This document shows positions 1-10,106 of a DNA stretch of 64,000 nt, piece after piece (within the stretch, counting starts at the first letter, position 1; each line of letters opens with the position of its first letter). The position numbers and the translations under genes were made by a program. Origin of the DNA: Alphaproteobacteria bacterium (lineage in GTDB: Bacteria > Pseudomonadota > Alphaproteobacteria > MPNO01 > UBA830); the NCBI GenBank assembly GCA_965243135.1, contig OZ251539.1, forward strand, positions 4,704,001 through 4,768,000, written 5' to 3'. The notes beneath the pieces are model-generated. The model saw nothing but the letters and a program-made list of their open reading frames with translations. It was not told where the DNA came from and made no database searches.

Positions 1-594
1 GGCCGCCAGGAATTTCCCGCGCAGCGTCCGTCGCGCTTCCGCGGTCATCGCGGCGGGCTCGTCGAGGTTTCGATCGGGATCCAGTTCCGCGTGACGCTCG
101 CGAAAGGTTTCCGCGACCTGTTCCTTCCTCAGGTGAATGGCCGGCATGACGAGGTGGCTGGGCGTTTCTTCGCGGAGCTGCAGGATGTATTCGCCGAGAT
201 CGGTTTCGATCACGTCGAGGCCGGCCGCGGCGAGATGGGCGTTGAGTTCGATTTCTTCCGACACCATCGACTTGCCCTTCGCGACCGTCGCGGCGTTCGC
301 CGAACGGCAGATGTCGAGGATCGCTTCGCATGCCGCGTCCGCGTCCTCGCACCAGTGCACGACGCCGCCGGCGGCGCGAAGGTTCGTCTCGAACCGTTCG
401 AGGTAACTATCGAGACGAGCGAGCGCGTGATTTCTTACGTCGACCGCCCGGTCGCGCAGCCTGTCGAATTCCGGCAGCCGTTCCACGACCGAGGCGCGCC
501 CGGCGCGGGCGTCCCGCTGCAGCTTGGCGAGGGCGGCCTGGAGATTCGCGTCGGCCTGCGCGCGGGCGGCGTTGTCGGAGAACCGCAGACTCAT
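1..594 (-). CDS. lutB: L-lactate utilization Fe-S protein LutB/LldF (runs off window)
   Basis: Own translation from ATG 594 (ATGA overlap with lutA stop): MSLRFSDNAARAQADANLQ...KGKSMVSEEIELNAHL...ETDLGEYILQLREETPSHLVMPAIH, the LutB signature. Confidence 0.85.
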   Translation of the reverse strand, partial: MSLRFSDNAARAQADANLQAALAKLQRDARAGRASVVERLPEFDRLRDRAVDVRNHALARLDSYLERFETNLRAAGGVVHWCEDADAACEAILDICRSANAATVAKGKSMVSEEIELNAHLAAAGLDVIETDLGEYILQLREETPSHLVMPAIHLRKEQVAETFRERHAELDPDRNLDEPAAMTAEARRTLRGKFLAA

Positions 595-1346
595 TTCCCG
601 CTCCCGATCGCGGGAACGTCGGCCATTCCGGCCAGCACTTCGGCGACGTGGCGGGCCTCGACGGCGACGTTCCGCCGGGACATTCGCCCGGCGACGTTCA
701 ACAGGCAGCCGAGGTCGCCCGAGAGCACGGTCGTCGCGCCCGCGGCGGCGATGGAGTCCACCTTGCGGTCGACCATGGCGGTGGATATCTCCGGATGCTT
801 GACGCAGAACGTGCCTCCGAAACCGCAGCAGGCGTCGGAAGCGTCGTGCTCCACGAGCTCGAGTCCGCCGACTTGCGCCAGCAGGCGGCGGGGCTGCTCG
901 GAAATCCCGAGCTCCCGCAAGCCGGAGCACGCGTCGTGGTAGGTGGCCGCGCCGCGCCATTCGGCAGCCGTCGGGCGGAATCCGACCTCGTCGGCGAGAA
1001 AGGAGGTCAGTTCGCTGGTCTTTTCCGCGAGCTTTCGGGCGCGCTTCGCGTAGCCCGGATCTTCGGCCAGCAGTTCCGGGTAATGGCATCGCAGCATGGC
1101 CGCGCACGAACCGGACGGCGCGACAACGCGGTCATGGCGCTCGAACAGATCGATCGTCTGCCGCGCGACCCTTCGCGCGTTCAATGCGTCGCCGGAATTG
1201 TAGGCCGGTTGTCCGCAGCACACCTGGCGCAGCGGCACGTCGACGCGGCAGCCGGCGCGCTCAAGAAGCGCGACGGCCGCGAATCCCGTCGTCGGGCGGA
1301 AGAAATCCACCAGACAGGTTACGAACAGGCCGACGTGGCGCGTCAT
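591..1346 (-). CDS. lutA: L-lactate utilization CCG-domain Fe-S protein LutA/LldE
   Basis: MTRHVGLFVTCLVDFFRP...QVCCGQPAYNSG...YHDACSGLRELG...CCGFGGTFCVK; start trimmed from ORF track. Confidence 0.88.
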   Translation of the reverse strand: MTRHVGLFVTCLVDFFRPTTGFAAVALLERAGCRVDVPLRQVCCGQPAYNSGDALNARRVARQTIDLFERHDRVVAPSGSCAAMLRCHYPELLAEDPGYAKRARKLAEKTSELTSFLADEVGFRPTAAEWRGAATYHDACSGLRELGISEQPRRLLAQVGGLELVEHDASDACCGFGGTFCVKHPEISTAMVDRKVDSIAAAGATTVLSGDLGCLLNVAGRMSRRNVAVEARHVAEVLAGMADVPAIGSGK

Positions 1347-1494
1347 CGCCGCAGACCTCCCGCGGCCGAGAATGGCGGGCGCGCCGGGGATCCGCAAGGC
1401 TCGAGGCGGACGGGCCGCGCGGGGTCCGGAAACGGACGGAAGGCCGCCGCGAGCCTTGCGCTCGCCCTCTCGTCCTCGCGCGGGCCGGCGCGGG

Positions 1495-2277
1495 TCAATG
1501 CTCGAGAATCTCCGCGACGCGGCCGGCCGCGTCCACCGGCCGCATGCGGTCGGCGTCGTCCTCCGTAAAGTGGCGCGCGACGCCAGCCTCGAAACTGGGA
1601 CGCGCTCGAACGCGGTCGTACCAGTCCATGACGCGCGGACACGAGGCCGACCAGACGCCGCGAATGCCGAGCATCTCGAGACGATTGACATAGGGGGTCG
1701 CGGCGGCGTCGGCGAGCGAGTACGCGCTTCCGCCAAGAAAAGGTCCGTCGGCGAGCGCTTCCTCCATTTCGCGCAGGAAAGAATCGAAATCGCGCGCGGC
1801 GTCCGCGACGAAGGGCGAAGAGAGGCCCATGGCCAACACGGAACGTTGGCGCTCGCGCCGCCGGGGATCCGGTATGCGGGCCATGCGCGCTTCTATTTTT
1901 TCCGGATCCGGAAAATCCTTGCGGAAGGAAATGCCTTGGGTGAGCACGCCGCAGGCCGGGTGAATCGGATCGTCGACGGTCTTCATAAAACGTCGCACGC
2001 GGTAACGCGCCAAAGGTTCGTCCGGCATCAACGGCGGCGAGGGGCAGACGTCGTCGAGATAATGCTGAATGACGGAGCTTTCGGTGAGCACGTTGCCGTC
2101 GTGCACGAGCGTCGGCACCACCGCTCCCGGATTGAGGCGGAGATAGGCCGGGTCGAATTGCCCGCCGCGCCGTAGGTCGACGAAGCGTCCCTCGTAGTCG
2201 AGTCCCTTCTCCAGCATCGTCAGCCGAACCTTGATTACGCATACGGAAGTCGAATGTTCGTAGAGAATGAATGGCAT
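1495..2277 (-). CDS. Glutathione S-transferase family protein
   Basis: SVCVIKVRL...LNPGAVVPTLVHDGNVLTESSVIQHYLD and C-terminal YSLADAA motifs. Confidence 0.85.
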   Translation of the reverse strand: MPFILYEHSTSVCVIKVRLTMLEKGLDYEGRFVDLRRGGQFDPAYLRLNPGAVVPTLVHDGNVLTESSVIQHYLDDVCPSPPLMPDEPLARYRVRRFMKTVDDPIHPACGVLTQGISFRKDFPDPEKIEARMARIPDPRRRERQRSVLAMGLSSPFVADAARDFDSFLREMEEALADGPFLGGSAYSLADAAATPYVNRLEMLGIRGVWSASCPRVMDWYDRVRARPSFEAGVARHFTEDDADRMRPVDAAGRVAEILEH

Positions 2278-2319
2278 CGTCCTTTTTCCGGCCCGGCCTC
2301 TGGAGGACGCGAGGCCCTT

Positions 2320-3285
2320 CTATCCGGGGAGCGTCTCGCCGCGGGCTTCGAACCGTCTCTCGATCGCGTCCCAGATCCGCTTCTCTATCTCGACGCCGTC
2401 GAGACGGTTGATCTCCTGAATTCCCGTGGGCGAGGTCACGTTGATCTCGGTCAGGTGGTTTCCGATCACGTCGATGCCGGCGAACACCAGTCCGCGTTCC
2501 CGGAGCGCCGGACCGATCTGCGCGCATATTTCGCGCTCGCGCGCGGTCAGGCCGGTCTTGCGCGCCCGGCCTCCGGCATGGAAATTGGCCCGCGCGTCCC
2601 CCTCGGCCGGCATGCGCGCGACCGCGCCGGCGGGTTCGCCGTCGACGAGGATGATGCGCTTGTCGCCGCGGCGTATTTCGGGAAGGTAGCGCTGGACAAT
2701 GATGGGTTCCCGGTATTTCGCGGCGAACATTTCGAGGAGCGCGTTGAGGTTCTCGTCGCCGGGCGCGACATGGAACACGTCGGCGCCCCCGTTGCCGAAC
2801 AGGGGCTTGACGATGATGTCTTCGTGGCGTTTCCGGAAGGCCTCGATCTCGGCGCGGTCCGACGTGATCAAGGTTTCCGGCAACACGCCCTCGAAACGGG
2901 TGACGAACAGCTTTTCCGGCGCGTTGCGCACTTCGCGCGGGTCGTTGACGACCAGCGTGCCGGGATGGATGCGCTCGAGCAGGTGGGTCGCGGTGACGTA
3001 GGCCATGTCGAACGGGGGATCCTGGCGCATCAACACGATGTCGACGGTCGACAGATCCAGCTTTTGGGCCTCGCCCAGCGCGAAATGGTTTTTCTTTTCG
3101 CGCCGCACCTGCAGAGGTTGGACCCGCGCGTAGAGGCGCCCGTCGCGGAAGGCGAGGTCTCGCGGCTCGTAGTGAAACAGCGCATGGCCGCGAGCCTGCG
3201 CTTCAAGCGCCAGCGCGAAAGTCGAGTCGGCATCGATGTCGATGCCGGAGACATGATCCATCTGGATGGCGACGGCGAGGCTCAT
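2320..3285 (-). CDS. gshB: Glutathione synthetase
   Basis: [11 protein letters not shown]...[11 protein letters not shown]...KPLFGNGG...EINVTSPTG. Confidence 0.95.
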   Translation of the reverse strand: MSLAVAIQMDHVSGIDIDADSTFALALEAQARGHALFHYEPRDLAFRDGRLYARVQPLQVRREKKNHFALGEAQKLDLSTVDIVLMRQDPPFDMAYVTATHLLERIHPGTLVVNDPREVRNAPEKLFVTRFEGVLPETLITSDRAEIEAFRKRHEDIIVKPLFGNGGADVFHVAPGDENLNALLEMFAAKYREPIIVQRYLPEIRRGDKRIILVDGEPAGAVARMPAEGDARANFHAGGRARKTGLTAREREICAQIGPALRERGLVFAGIDVIGNHLTEINVTSPTGIQEINRLDGVEIEKRIWDAIERRFEARGETLPG

Positions 3286-3365
3286 GGGCGCTTCCCGAGA
3301 AAGAAGGTGCGTCCTGTTTAATTCCGTCTCCGGCCTGCGTCCAGTTCCGGGGCCCGAGGGACGGT

Positions 3366-4181
3366 TCAGTTGAGGCGGGCCTTCAGTTTCTGGATCGCGG
3401 CCGCCGCCTCGTAACGCGCCTCGTCGCTCCGGGAGCGGACGGCGACGGTCTCGAACGCCTTGACCGCGGCGCTCAGGTTGCCGAGCTGCACGTGGCGGAG
3501 ACCCGCCTCGCGCCAGAGAGGCATCGAGTCGGGAGCGAACAGCAGCATGCGGGAAAGCGTATCGAGCGCCTGTTGCCACCGGCCCGCCAAGTGGTGGCGA
3601 ACCTTGATGTTGTTCTGAAGGCGGATCAGGATATCGCGGTTGCCCACGGGCGTGCAGTGGTCGGGTTCGAGTTCGGCGTCGGGGCCCGTCAAGGCTTTCA
3701 GCAATTCGCGCAGATCCGGCGGCTTGCGCTCGTTTCCGCTGTCGAACGGGTCGATGATCGCGCGACGGCCGGCGGCTTCGACGCGAATGAGGAAATGGCC
3801 GGGGAAATTCAGTCCCTGCGCCTCTTCGCCGCAGGCGCGGAGCGCGTGCAGATGAAGAATTCCCAACGCGACCGGCAGCCCTTTCTTGCGGTCGATCACC
3901 CGCATCAGATTCGCGTTCTGGAGGTCGTCGTAGGTCAGTTCGTCGCCCCGGTAGCCGTTGCGTTCGTGAATGATCTCCGCCGCGGCCGCCGCCGGGCCGC
4001 AACCGCTCGCGAGCAGATCCCGCAGATCTCGCGTCAGTTCCGCGATGTGGTCGCGATAGCGCTGAAGACCGACCCGCGGACGGTCGAGCGCCGCCAGGGA
4101 CAACGCCGCTTCCGCCAGATCGATCCGTTCGTCCGGCAGAGTCCCGGCTTCTCTCAGCAGGTCTTCGGGACTCTCGGTCAC
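3366..4181 (-). CDS. SirB1/transglutaminase-like protein with C-terminal TPR
   Basis: [32 protein letters not shown]...NFPGHFL; GTG start overlaps BON gene stop. Confidence 0.8.
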   Translation of the reverse strand: MTESPEDLLREAGTLPDERIDLAEAALSLAALDRPRVGLQRYRDHIAELTRDLRDLLASGCGPAAAAAEIIHERNGYRGDELTYDDLQNANLMRVIDRKKGLPVALGILHLHALRACGEEAQGLNFPGHFLIRVEAAGRRAIIDPFDSGNERKPPDLRELLKALTGPDAELEPDHCTPVGNRDILIRLQNNIKVRHHLAGRWQQALDTLSRMLLFAPDSMPLWREAGLRHVQLGNLSAAVKAFETVAVRSRSDEARYEAAAAIQKLKARLN

Positions 4182-4768
4182 GACGACCCGGCAATCCTGA
4201 CGTGGCTGACGACGTTCCTCACGTAATCGAGATTTCGGGCGTGATTGGCCACGCGGTCCAGTTCTTCCTGGCTTCGCGAGACCCCGAGCAGATAAACGGT
4301 GCCGCCGACGGTTTCGATGGAGTAGTTGACGGACGCCACCTCGCGATCCAGCAGCAGCTTCGCCTTCAACTGCCCGGAAATCCAGGTGTCGTGCGCGAAG
4401 CCGGCGATGCCGCCGCTCCTGTCGATCCGTATTTCGTTGATGACTTCCTTGACGCCTTTCGCCTCCCAGGCGAGCCTGACCGCTTCGTCGCGCATTTCGG
4501 GGGCGTCGACGACGCCGGTGAGCAGGACGCGGGCTTCGTGTATCTGAAGGCCGATCTTGTGCCACAGCCGTTCGCTCTTCGACAACAAGAGCGCATTGAT
4601 GCGCACCCTGATTTCCGTGTCGCTGATCGCGCCGCCGAGGCCTCGTTCCTCCATCGCGGCGCTTCCGGCCATGGCGCCCGCTCCGACGAAGGCCTGGTCG
4701 CAGCCTTGCAGCGACAGGCAAAGGGAAACGGCCGGAATGGCGAGGAGGGCGGGATATGTCCTTTTCAT
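4178..4768 (-). CDS. BON-domain lipoprotein (DolP/YraP-like)
   Basis: Lipobox LQGC and two BON domains (VLLTG..., GTVYLLG); usual rsmI-gshB neighbourhood. Confidence 0.85.
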   Translation of the reverse strand: MKRTYPALLAIPAVSLCLSLQGCDQAFVGAGAMAGSAAMEERGLGGAISDTEIRVRINALLLSKSERLWHKIGLQIHEARVLLTGVVDAPEMRDEAVRLAWEAKGVKEVINEIRIDRSGGIAGFAHDTWISGQLKAKLLLDREVASVNYSIETVGGTVYLLGVSRSQEELDRVANHARNLDYVRNVVSHVRIAGSS

Positions 4769-4912
4769 GGGAGGCGGCGTTCTGGCGAGGCGAAAAGCGG
4801 ATTCGTTGCGGCGGGTTGTCGGCAGGGGGGATTATGCTTGACGGTTCGGGCGGGCGCAAGAAGATGCCGCGCGCGTCGCGACCAGTCGAGAACACGCTGC
4901 GCGCCCGGCGGT

Positions 4913-5534
4913 TCAGGCAGCCCGGGCCAACCCCTCGAGGCGCGCCAGCCAAGCGCGAAATCGCGGGCATTCCGTCGTCTCCAGACCCGCTTCCCGTGCG
5001 ACCTGCGGGCCGTGCAGGCGTTTTTGGTATCCCGATACTGCTTGTTTGATTCGCTTGCTCGGCGCACCGTTCGGATCGTCGTTGATGTCTTCGGGAGTCG
5101 CGAACTGCCGACGGACTGCCGCAAGAATCTCGACGCTGCGGTCCGCGATGTCCAAGATCGTCCCGAACGCCGCCGTATCGGAAAACAGCAAGCCTTCGAA
5201 CTCGTGTTTCTGAACATAGGGAAACACCCGTCTTCCGTCTGGATTATGCGCGTAGATCTTTTGCTTCAGGCATTCTTCCAGCGTCTCGACCGTCCGATCT
5301 CCCTTGTCGCTAAAGCCGTAGAAGCGGACCAGCGACGTCACGGCGTCGAAAGACCGTTGGAGACGGCGCATCACGAGTCGTTCGATGCTGACATTTCCGC
5401 CGCCGGCCCCGCCGCTCCGGGCGCGGCCGAGCAGGAGTTGGCTCGACCTCGAACGGCCGCGGACGGTCGGCGAGAACGCGCTTGACGAACTCCCCTTCGG
5501 TCTGGCCCTCCACGGATATTGCGAGGCGGATCAC
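4913..5534 (-). pseudogene. DUF4276-family (TOPRIM-like) protein, frameshifted
   Basis: N-term IRLAISVEGQTEGEFVK (ORF 5310-5594) and C-term YVQKHEFEGLLFSD...PEDINDDPNGAPSKRI...CPRFRAWL (ORF 4913-5374) lie in different frames; may be an assembly error. Confidence 0.7.
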
Positions 5535-6682
5535 GGACGGCCTCCCAGCAGGTTCTTCTGCCAAAGCTCGCCTGTCGTATACTCCTTCAGCCAATCCCGA
5601 TAATCTTTCTCATCGCATCGGCGAATGGTCGTCCGCCCATCGTCCCGTGGTTCCAGAACGAGGATCTCGTCGAGACCGAACGCATCGACGAGCAGCGGGG
5701 ACTGCGTCGCCACGATGACCTGCCGCCGGTCAGCCAGCGCTTTGATCATGTCGCCGATCAGACTGGCAGCGGCCGGATGCAACCCGAGTTCCGGCTCGTC
5801 CAGCAGCAGCACGTCGGGAAGCATCTCGGACGGGAGGTTCAATAGCGTCACAAGGGCGAAGAAGCGAAGCGAGCCGTCGGACGTCAGATGGGCGCCGATG
5901 GTCTTGTCCATCCCCCGGATCTTCCACCGCAGCATGGCCTTTCCGCTGCTCTTCTCGATCTCGAACCGGTCGAAAACCGGCAGCGCGCGCTGGATATGGC
6001 TGCAAATCGACTTGAACCGCCGCCCGTCCTCGCGCTCCAAGCGGTATAGAATTGCCGCCAAATTTCCACCGTGCGCACGAAGATAGGCATTGTCTTCCGC
6101 GTCGCAATTCTTCTTGAGATTCGAGTCGCGGGAAGTGTCGTGAAACTGGTAAACGGCGCAGCGCCTCAACAAACCAGTGAGCGCATTGGCGACTTTAGCG
6201 CTGCCTCCTGACGGCTCGGCCGATTGCGCGGCTTCGACGATCTTCGCCTCGGAGTGGCCGCTTCCCAGATACTGCCACGATGCCTTCGTTTCCCGCCTGT
6301 CCGAGCAGAATCGAAACGCTTCGTCCGTGAAGATGAACCGATCCGGATGGGCGAAAGAAAGCATGAACATATAATCGTTTCGTCCGCTTTCCGCTCTCAT
6401 GGACAATTCGGCTTCCATCCGCGAGCTGACCTTGCTTCCGCCGAAAAGCTGGTCGTCGGCGCCGCCTTGAAGCTGAACGAACTCGGCCAGCCGGTGGAAG
6501 CCGATCATCCAATTCATCAATTCGAAAAACCGGACGAAGCTGGATTTTCCCGATCCGTTGGCGCCGACCAGAACGGTTGCCATCTGCAGGTTTTTGATTT
6601 CGACATCCGCAAGGGATCGAAAGCCTTTGATGCGGACGGATTCAATTTGATTTGGCACAGGGTTCTCTCGCGCGCCGATCAC
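5531..6682 (-). CDS. ABC/AAA_21-type ATPase (COG4637-like), partner of DUF4276
   Basis: IKGFRSL, Walker A GANGSGKS, signature TSDGSLRF, Walker B LLLDEPELGLHP, H-loop variant ATQSP. Confidence 0.85.
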   Translation of the reverse strand: MIGARENPVPNQIESVRIKGFRSLADVEIKNLQMATVLVGANGSGKSSFVRFFELMNWMIGFHRLAEFVQLQGGADDQLFGGSKVSSRMEAELSMRAESGRNDYMFMLSFAHPDRFIFTDEAFRFCSDRRETKASWQYLGSGHSEAKIVEAAQSAEPSGGSAKVANALTGLLRRCAVYQFHDTSRDSNLKKNCDAEDNAYLRAHGGNLAAILYRLEREDGRRFKSICSHIQRALPVFDRFEIEKSSGKAMLRWKIRGMDKTIGAHLTSDGSLRFFALVTLLNLPSEMLPDVLLLDEPELGLHPAAASLIGDMIKALADRRQVIVATQSPLLVDAFGLDEILVLEPRDDGRTTIRRCDEKDYRDWLKEYTTGELWQKNLLGGRP

Positions 6683-7380
6683 GGACTCGCCGTTTCGCCG
6701 CAGTTTCCTAACTCACGCGCCAAACGTTCTCGACGATTACATGCGAAAGCGGAAGCCGATACGATGTCCAAGCCCGCCTGAGACCGCAAGTCATGCCGAG
6801 CCGCACCGAAGCGTCCAAGACCAAAGCGGCAGGCCAAGTGTAGCCGGTCCCGCCCTTCGGGTCACGGTTTTTCGACCCCGAGCGGGGGGCGACCGGCGCC
6901 TTTCCGAGGTTTTCGGGCGGACGGCATGGGTGTCATCGCCAACAGCCGAAAGTTCGACCATTGCCGGGGCGGGTGCCCGACCAAGCGGCGCAACGGTAGG
7001 CGGAACCGACGATGTCGGGTCCGAGACAGGATGGCGCGTGACCGTTGACGGTCAGGCCCGGACGTCTCCAGGCAGGCGGCGACATCACCGACTGCGCGAA
7101 TGTCCCTGTCGCCAACGCCAGCCGTCGTTTCCGCCAGCGTGACTACAAGCCACAGTCGGTAAAACGCCTGACCTCGTGGTTCCGCCGAACCGGCTCGTCC
7201 CGTGCGCTTGTTCGGCTGCGCAAGGAGCGCACTCGTCGCGAAAGCCCCTTCGGAACGACGGTCCAAGGCAAGCGGAAAAGACGGTTCTCCGAGAAAATTA
7301 CGAAATCGCCCTGTACTGGAGCGGCGGACGAACGCGCCTGGGCGGACATGCGGGACCTCGCTTTCGGGAACGCCGGCAAA

Positions 7381-7760
7381 TCAGGGCTTCTGTCTGCGAA
7401 GCGCGCACGCATAGATTTCCTTGCGCCGCTGTCCGGTCTCCGCAGCCACCGTTGCCACCGCGTCGCGCACGCTCATCGACTGCAGCGCGTTGTCGAGCAG
7501 CGTCTACGTATCGGCGGGGGGAGTCTCGGGAGGCGGCCCGGTCAGGATTACGACTTCGCCCTTCGGCGCCGGGCTGCCGCCAGCTCCGCCAGGCCGCCCC
7601 GAAGAACGTCTTCATGCAGTTTCGTGAGCTCCCGCGCCACGGCGGCCGGGCGGTCTCCCAGAATTTCTTCCATGACTTCAAGCGATGCGGCCAGCCGGCG
7701 CGGGGATTCGAGAAAGATCAGGCTGGCGCGGACGCTCGCCAATTCCTCGATCGCCTTGCG
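7381..7760 (-). repeat. Degenerate direct-repeat copy of the rsmI 3' end (matches ~9187-9580)
   Basis: Near-identical nucleotide sequence with scattered substitutions and a 13-nt deletion near 7574 that breaks the frame. Confidence 0.93.
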
Positions 7761-8019
7761 GGGGGCGCGCCGCGGAGCGGAAATTCCCCTCGTTGTCCAG
7801 GCGGATAGTGAAAGGCGGCCATGCGAGAGTTCCGGGAAGCCGCTTCCTCCTCGTGGTCCAATGCCGGTTGGATCGGGTCCGTTGCCGACGGATCGGCGAA
7901 CGGCAGAGATGGGATCCGATGGAGAGACCAGCCCCTTGCTTTCCTGTAACCGAACCGGCACGAACGGACCGACGACAAGCGCCTATCCGCAACGAACGTA
8001 GCCGAACGGAACAACCGAA

Positions 8020-8277
8020 CTACGCCATCTGCCATCGTTCCAGTTCTGCGAAAAACTCCTTTCTCAGATCGGCTCTTTCCTCTTCCGGGAGCCATTTCGT
8101 CATATTGGGGAAGACAATCCGCCAACTGCGCAGCTCGGCTTCGCTCCATGGAAAGGTGTCGGCGCCGCGCAACACCTTCAGGATATTGTGCAAGCGGACA
8201 CGGATTTGATCCGGATCCGGCTCTTGAGGCAAGGAGTTTTCCGCTTGGTAATTCTCGAACAGATCGCCTTGATTCAT
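8020..8277 (-). CDS. Small hypothetical protein (85 aa)
   Basis: Protein-like composition, AAAGGA SD upstream, directly downstream of type ISP remnant. Confidence 0.65.
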   Translation of the reverse strand: MNQGDLFENYQAENSLPQEPDPDQIRVRLHNILKVLRGADTFPWSEAELRSWRIVFPNMTKWLPEEERADLRKEFFAELERWQMA

Positions 8278-8830
8278 ATCCTTTCTCCTCAGCTACTGCG
8301 TGGGTGCTGGTCAGCGCGGCTCCGGCGGCCGCATCGAGCAGTCTGTCCGCCGCGTCGAACAAATGCATGAGCTCTTCGATTCGCGCAATTATGTCGAGAA
8401 GCTCGCGCTGGAGGTGCCGATCCAGCGTTTCTCCTTTCCGTGCGTCGAGCCAGCGGCGGAGGACGGGGTATCCGCTGACAGCACCCCCCCCCATGTGCGA
8501 TTTGACACTCCAGTGATGCGGAGCGATCGGTCGCCGAGAAGGAAGACTGCACCTTCCTCGAATGCGCGCCGCGGCGGCGGAACGTCAAGTAGCGGACTAG
8601 ATGCACGTCCTTCCAGTCGCGCTTGCCGGAAGCGCTCGTCGGGTTCTGCGTCGAATGCCTGAAGTTTTCGGATGCGGGTGCCTAACGCCGCCGCGTCTTG
8701 GAATGCGTCGGGGTTTGCGGGAAAGGGAACATGCGGAAAGGCATCCTCAAGATCGTGTGCGAAGCGAATTGTGTAGGTTGCCGCAGAAAGCAAGGCGAGA
8801 ATCGCGCCGAATATCTCCTGTGACGCAATT
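8278..8830 (-). pseudogene. C-terminal fragment of a type ISP-like restriction-modification enzyme
   Basis: EIFGAILALLSAATYTIRFAHDLEDAFPHVPFP...VSGYPVLRRWLDARKG resembles the type ISP specificity domain; 5'-truncated, frameshift at C9 tract 8484-8492. Confidence 0.6.
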
Positions 8831-8839
8831 TGCGCACCA

Positions 8840-9050
8840 TGACCGAGAACATGTTTGGAACCAACCCAGGATGGAGTAAAGACCCTGTGCCCTCGCCGGT
8901 ATGGTTATCGTAGACGGTGTTCACGTCCACGACAGGGGAGTCGTCCTCAAGGTCAAACCCTGGGTGCGCATCGATTCTAAAGCTCTCGACATCGCTGAAC
9001 TGGCGCTTGAAGGCGGACTCGGCAATCTCGCGCCTCTGCCGCTCGTTCAT
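8840..9050 (-). pseudogene. Truncated small hypothetical gene
   Basis: MNERQRREIAESAFKRQFSDVE... preceded by AGGAAG; runs into the ISP remnant. Confidence 0.35.
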
Positions 9051-9186
9051 CTCGAACTTCCTACGGTTGGCGACGCTCCAACAACGCGCGAACGGCGAAG
9101 CCGCGCTAATGCTAAGCGTCGGCGCGCTCGAACCGGTCGATTGCGCCTCCAGGTTCGCGGTCTCTTTTTCGGGTGCGTCGGCAAAA

Positions 9187-10071
9187 TCAGTTTTTCTGTC
9201 TGCGAAGCGCGCGCGCATAGATTTCCTTACGTCGCTGTCCGGTCTCCGCAGCCACCGTTGCCACCGCGTCGCGCACGCTCATCGACTGCAGCGCGTTGTC
9301 GAGCAGCGTCTCCGCATCGGCGGGGGGAGTCTCGGGAGGCGGCCCGGTCAGGATTACGACTTCGCCCTTCGGCGTCGGGCCGCCGCCGAAAGCTGCCGCC
9401 AGCTCCGCCAAGCCGCCCCGAAGAACGTCTTCATGCAGTTTCGTGAGCTCCCGCGCCACGGCGGCCGGGCGGTCTCCCAGAATCTCTTCCATGACTTCAA
9501 GCGAGGCGGCCAGCCGGCGCGGGGATTCGAGAAAGATCAGGCTGGCGCGGACGCTCGCCAATTCCTCGATCGCCTTGCGGCGGGCCTGGTCGTTGGCCGG
9601 CAGATAGCCGGCGAAGAGAAAACGGTCCGTCGGCAGGCCCGAAACGACGAGGGCGGCGAGCGGCGCCGACGGTCCGGGGGCGCAGGTGACCGGGAGGTTC
9701 CGTTCGAGGGCGTCGCGAACCAGCTTGTAACCGGGGTCGGAAATCAGCGGCGTGCCGGCGTCGGACACCAGAGCAACAAGTTTCCCTTCTCCGAGATGTT
9801 CGATCAGCCGCGCACGTTTTTCGGGAGAACTGTGGTCGTGATACGACAACAACTTGCTTTTGATCCCGGCCGCGGCGAGCAGGCGGCCGGTGCGACGCGT
9901 GTCTTCGCACGCGACAATGTCGGCCGCCGCCAACACGTCGAACGCTCGCGCCGTCATGTCGCGCAGATTGCCGATCGGAGTCGCTACGATCCAGAGCCCG
10001 GCGTCCGGCCGTTTACTCGGAACGGCGGCGGCGATAGGGTGATCTGGAATTCGCGAATTCGGAGCCGTCAA
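9187..10071 (-). CDS. rsmI: 16S rRNA (cytidine1402-2'-O)-methyltransferase
   Basis: LWIVATPIGNLRDMT...ACEDTRRT...VSDAGTPLISDPG...FLESPRR; start codon uncertain. Confidence 0.95.
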   Translation of the reverse strand: MTAPNSRIPDHPIAAAVPSKRPDAGLWIVATPIGNLRDMTARAFDVLAAADIVACEDTRRTGRLLAAAGIKSKLLSYHDHSSPEKRARLIEHLGEGKLVALVSDAGTPLISDPGYKLVRDALERNLPVTCAPGPSAPLAALVVSGLPTDRFLFAGYLPANDQARRKAIEELASVRASLIFLESPRRLAASLEVMEEILGDRPAAVARELTKLHEDVLRGGLAELAAAFGGGPTPKGEVVILTGPPPETPPADAETLLDNALQSMSVRDAVATVAAETGQRRKEIYARALRRQKN

Positions 10072-10106
10072 TGCGAGCCTCGTCAACTGTTGGAGTGCGC
10101 TCCCTG

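Noticed and set aside
6700-7370. Possible yraN or other gene downstream of the rsmI copy
   Set aside because: No frame gave a recognisable protein; left unannotated.
8484-8492. C9 tract as a phase-variation switch in the R-M gene
   Set aside because: The gene is already 5'-truncated, and a homopolymer sequencing error is equally likely.
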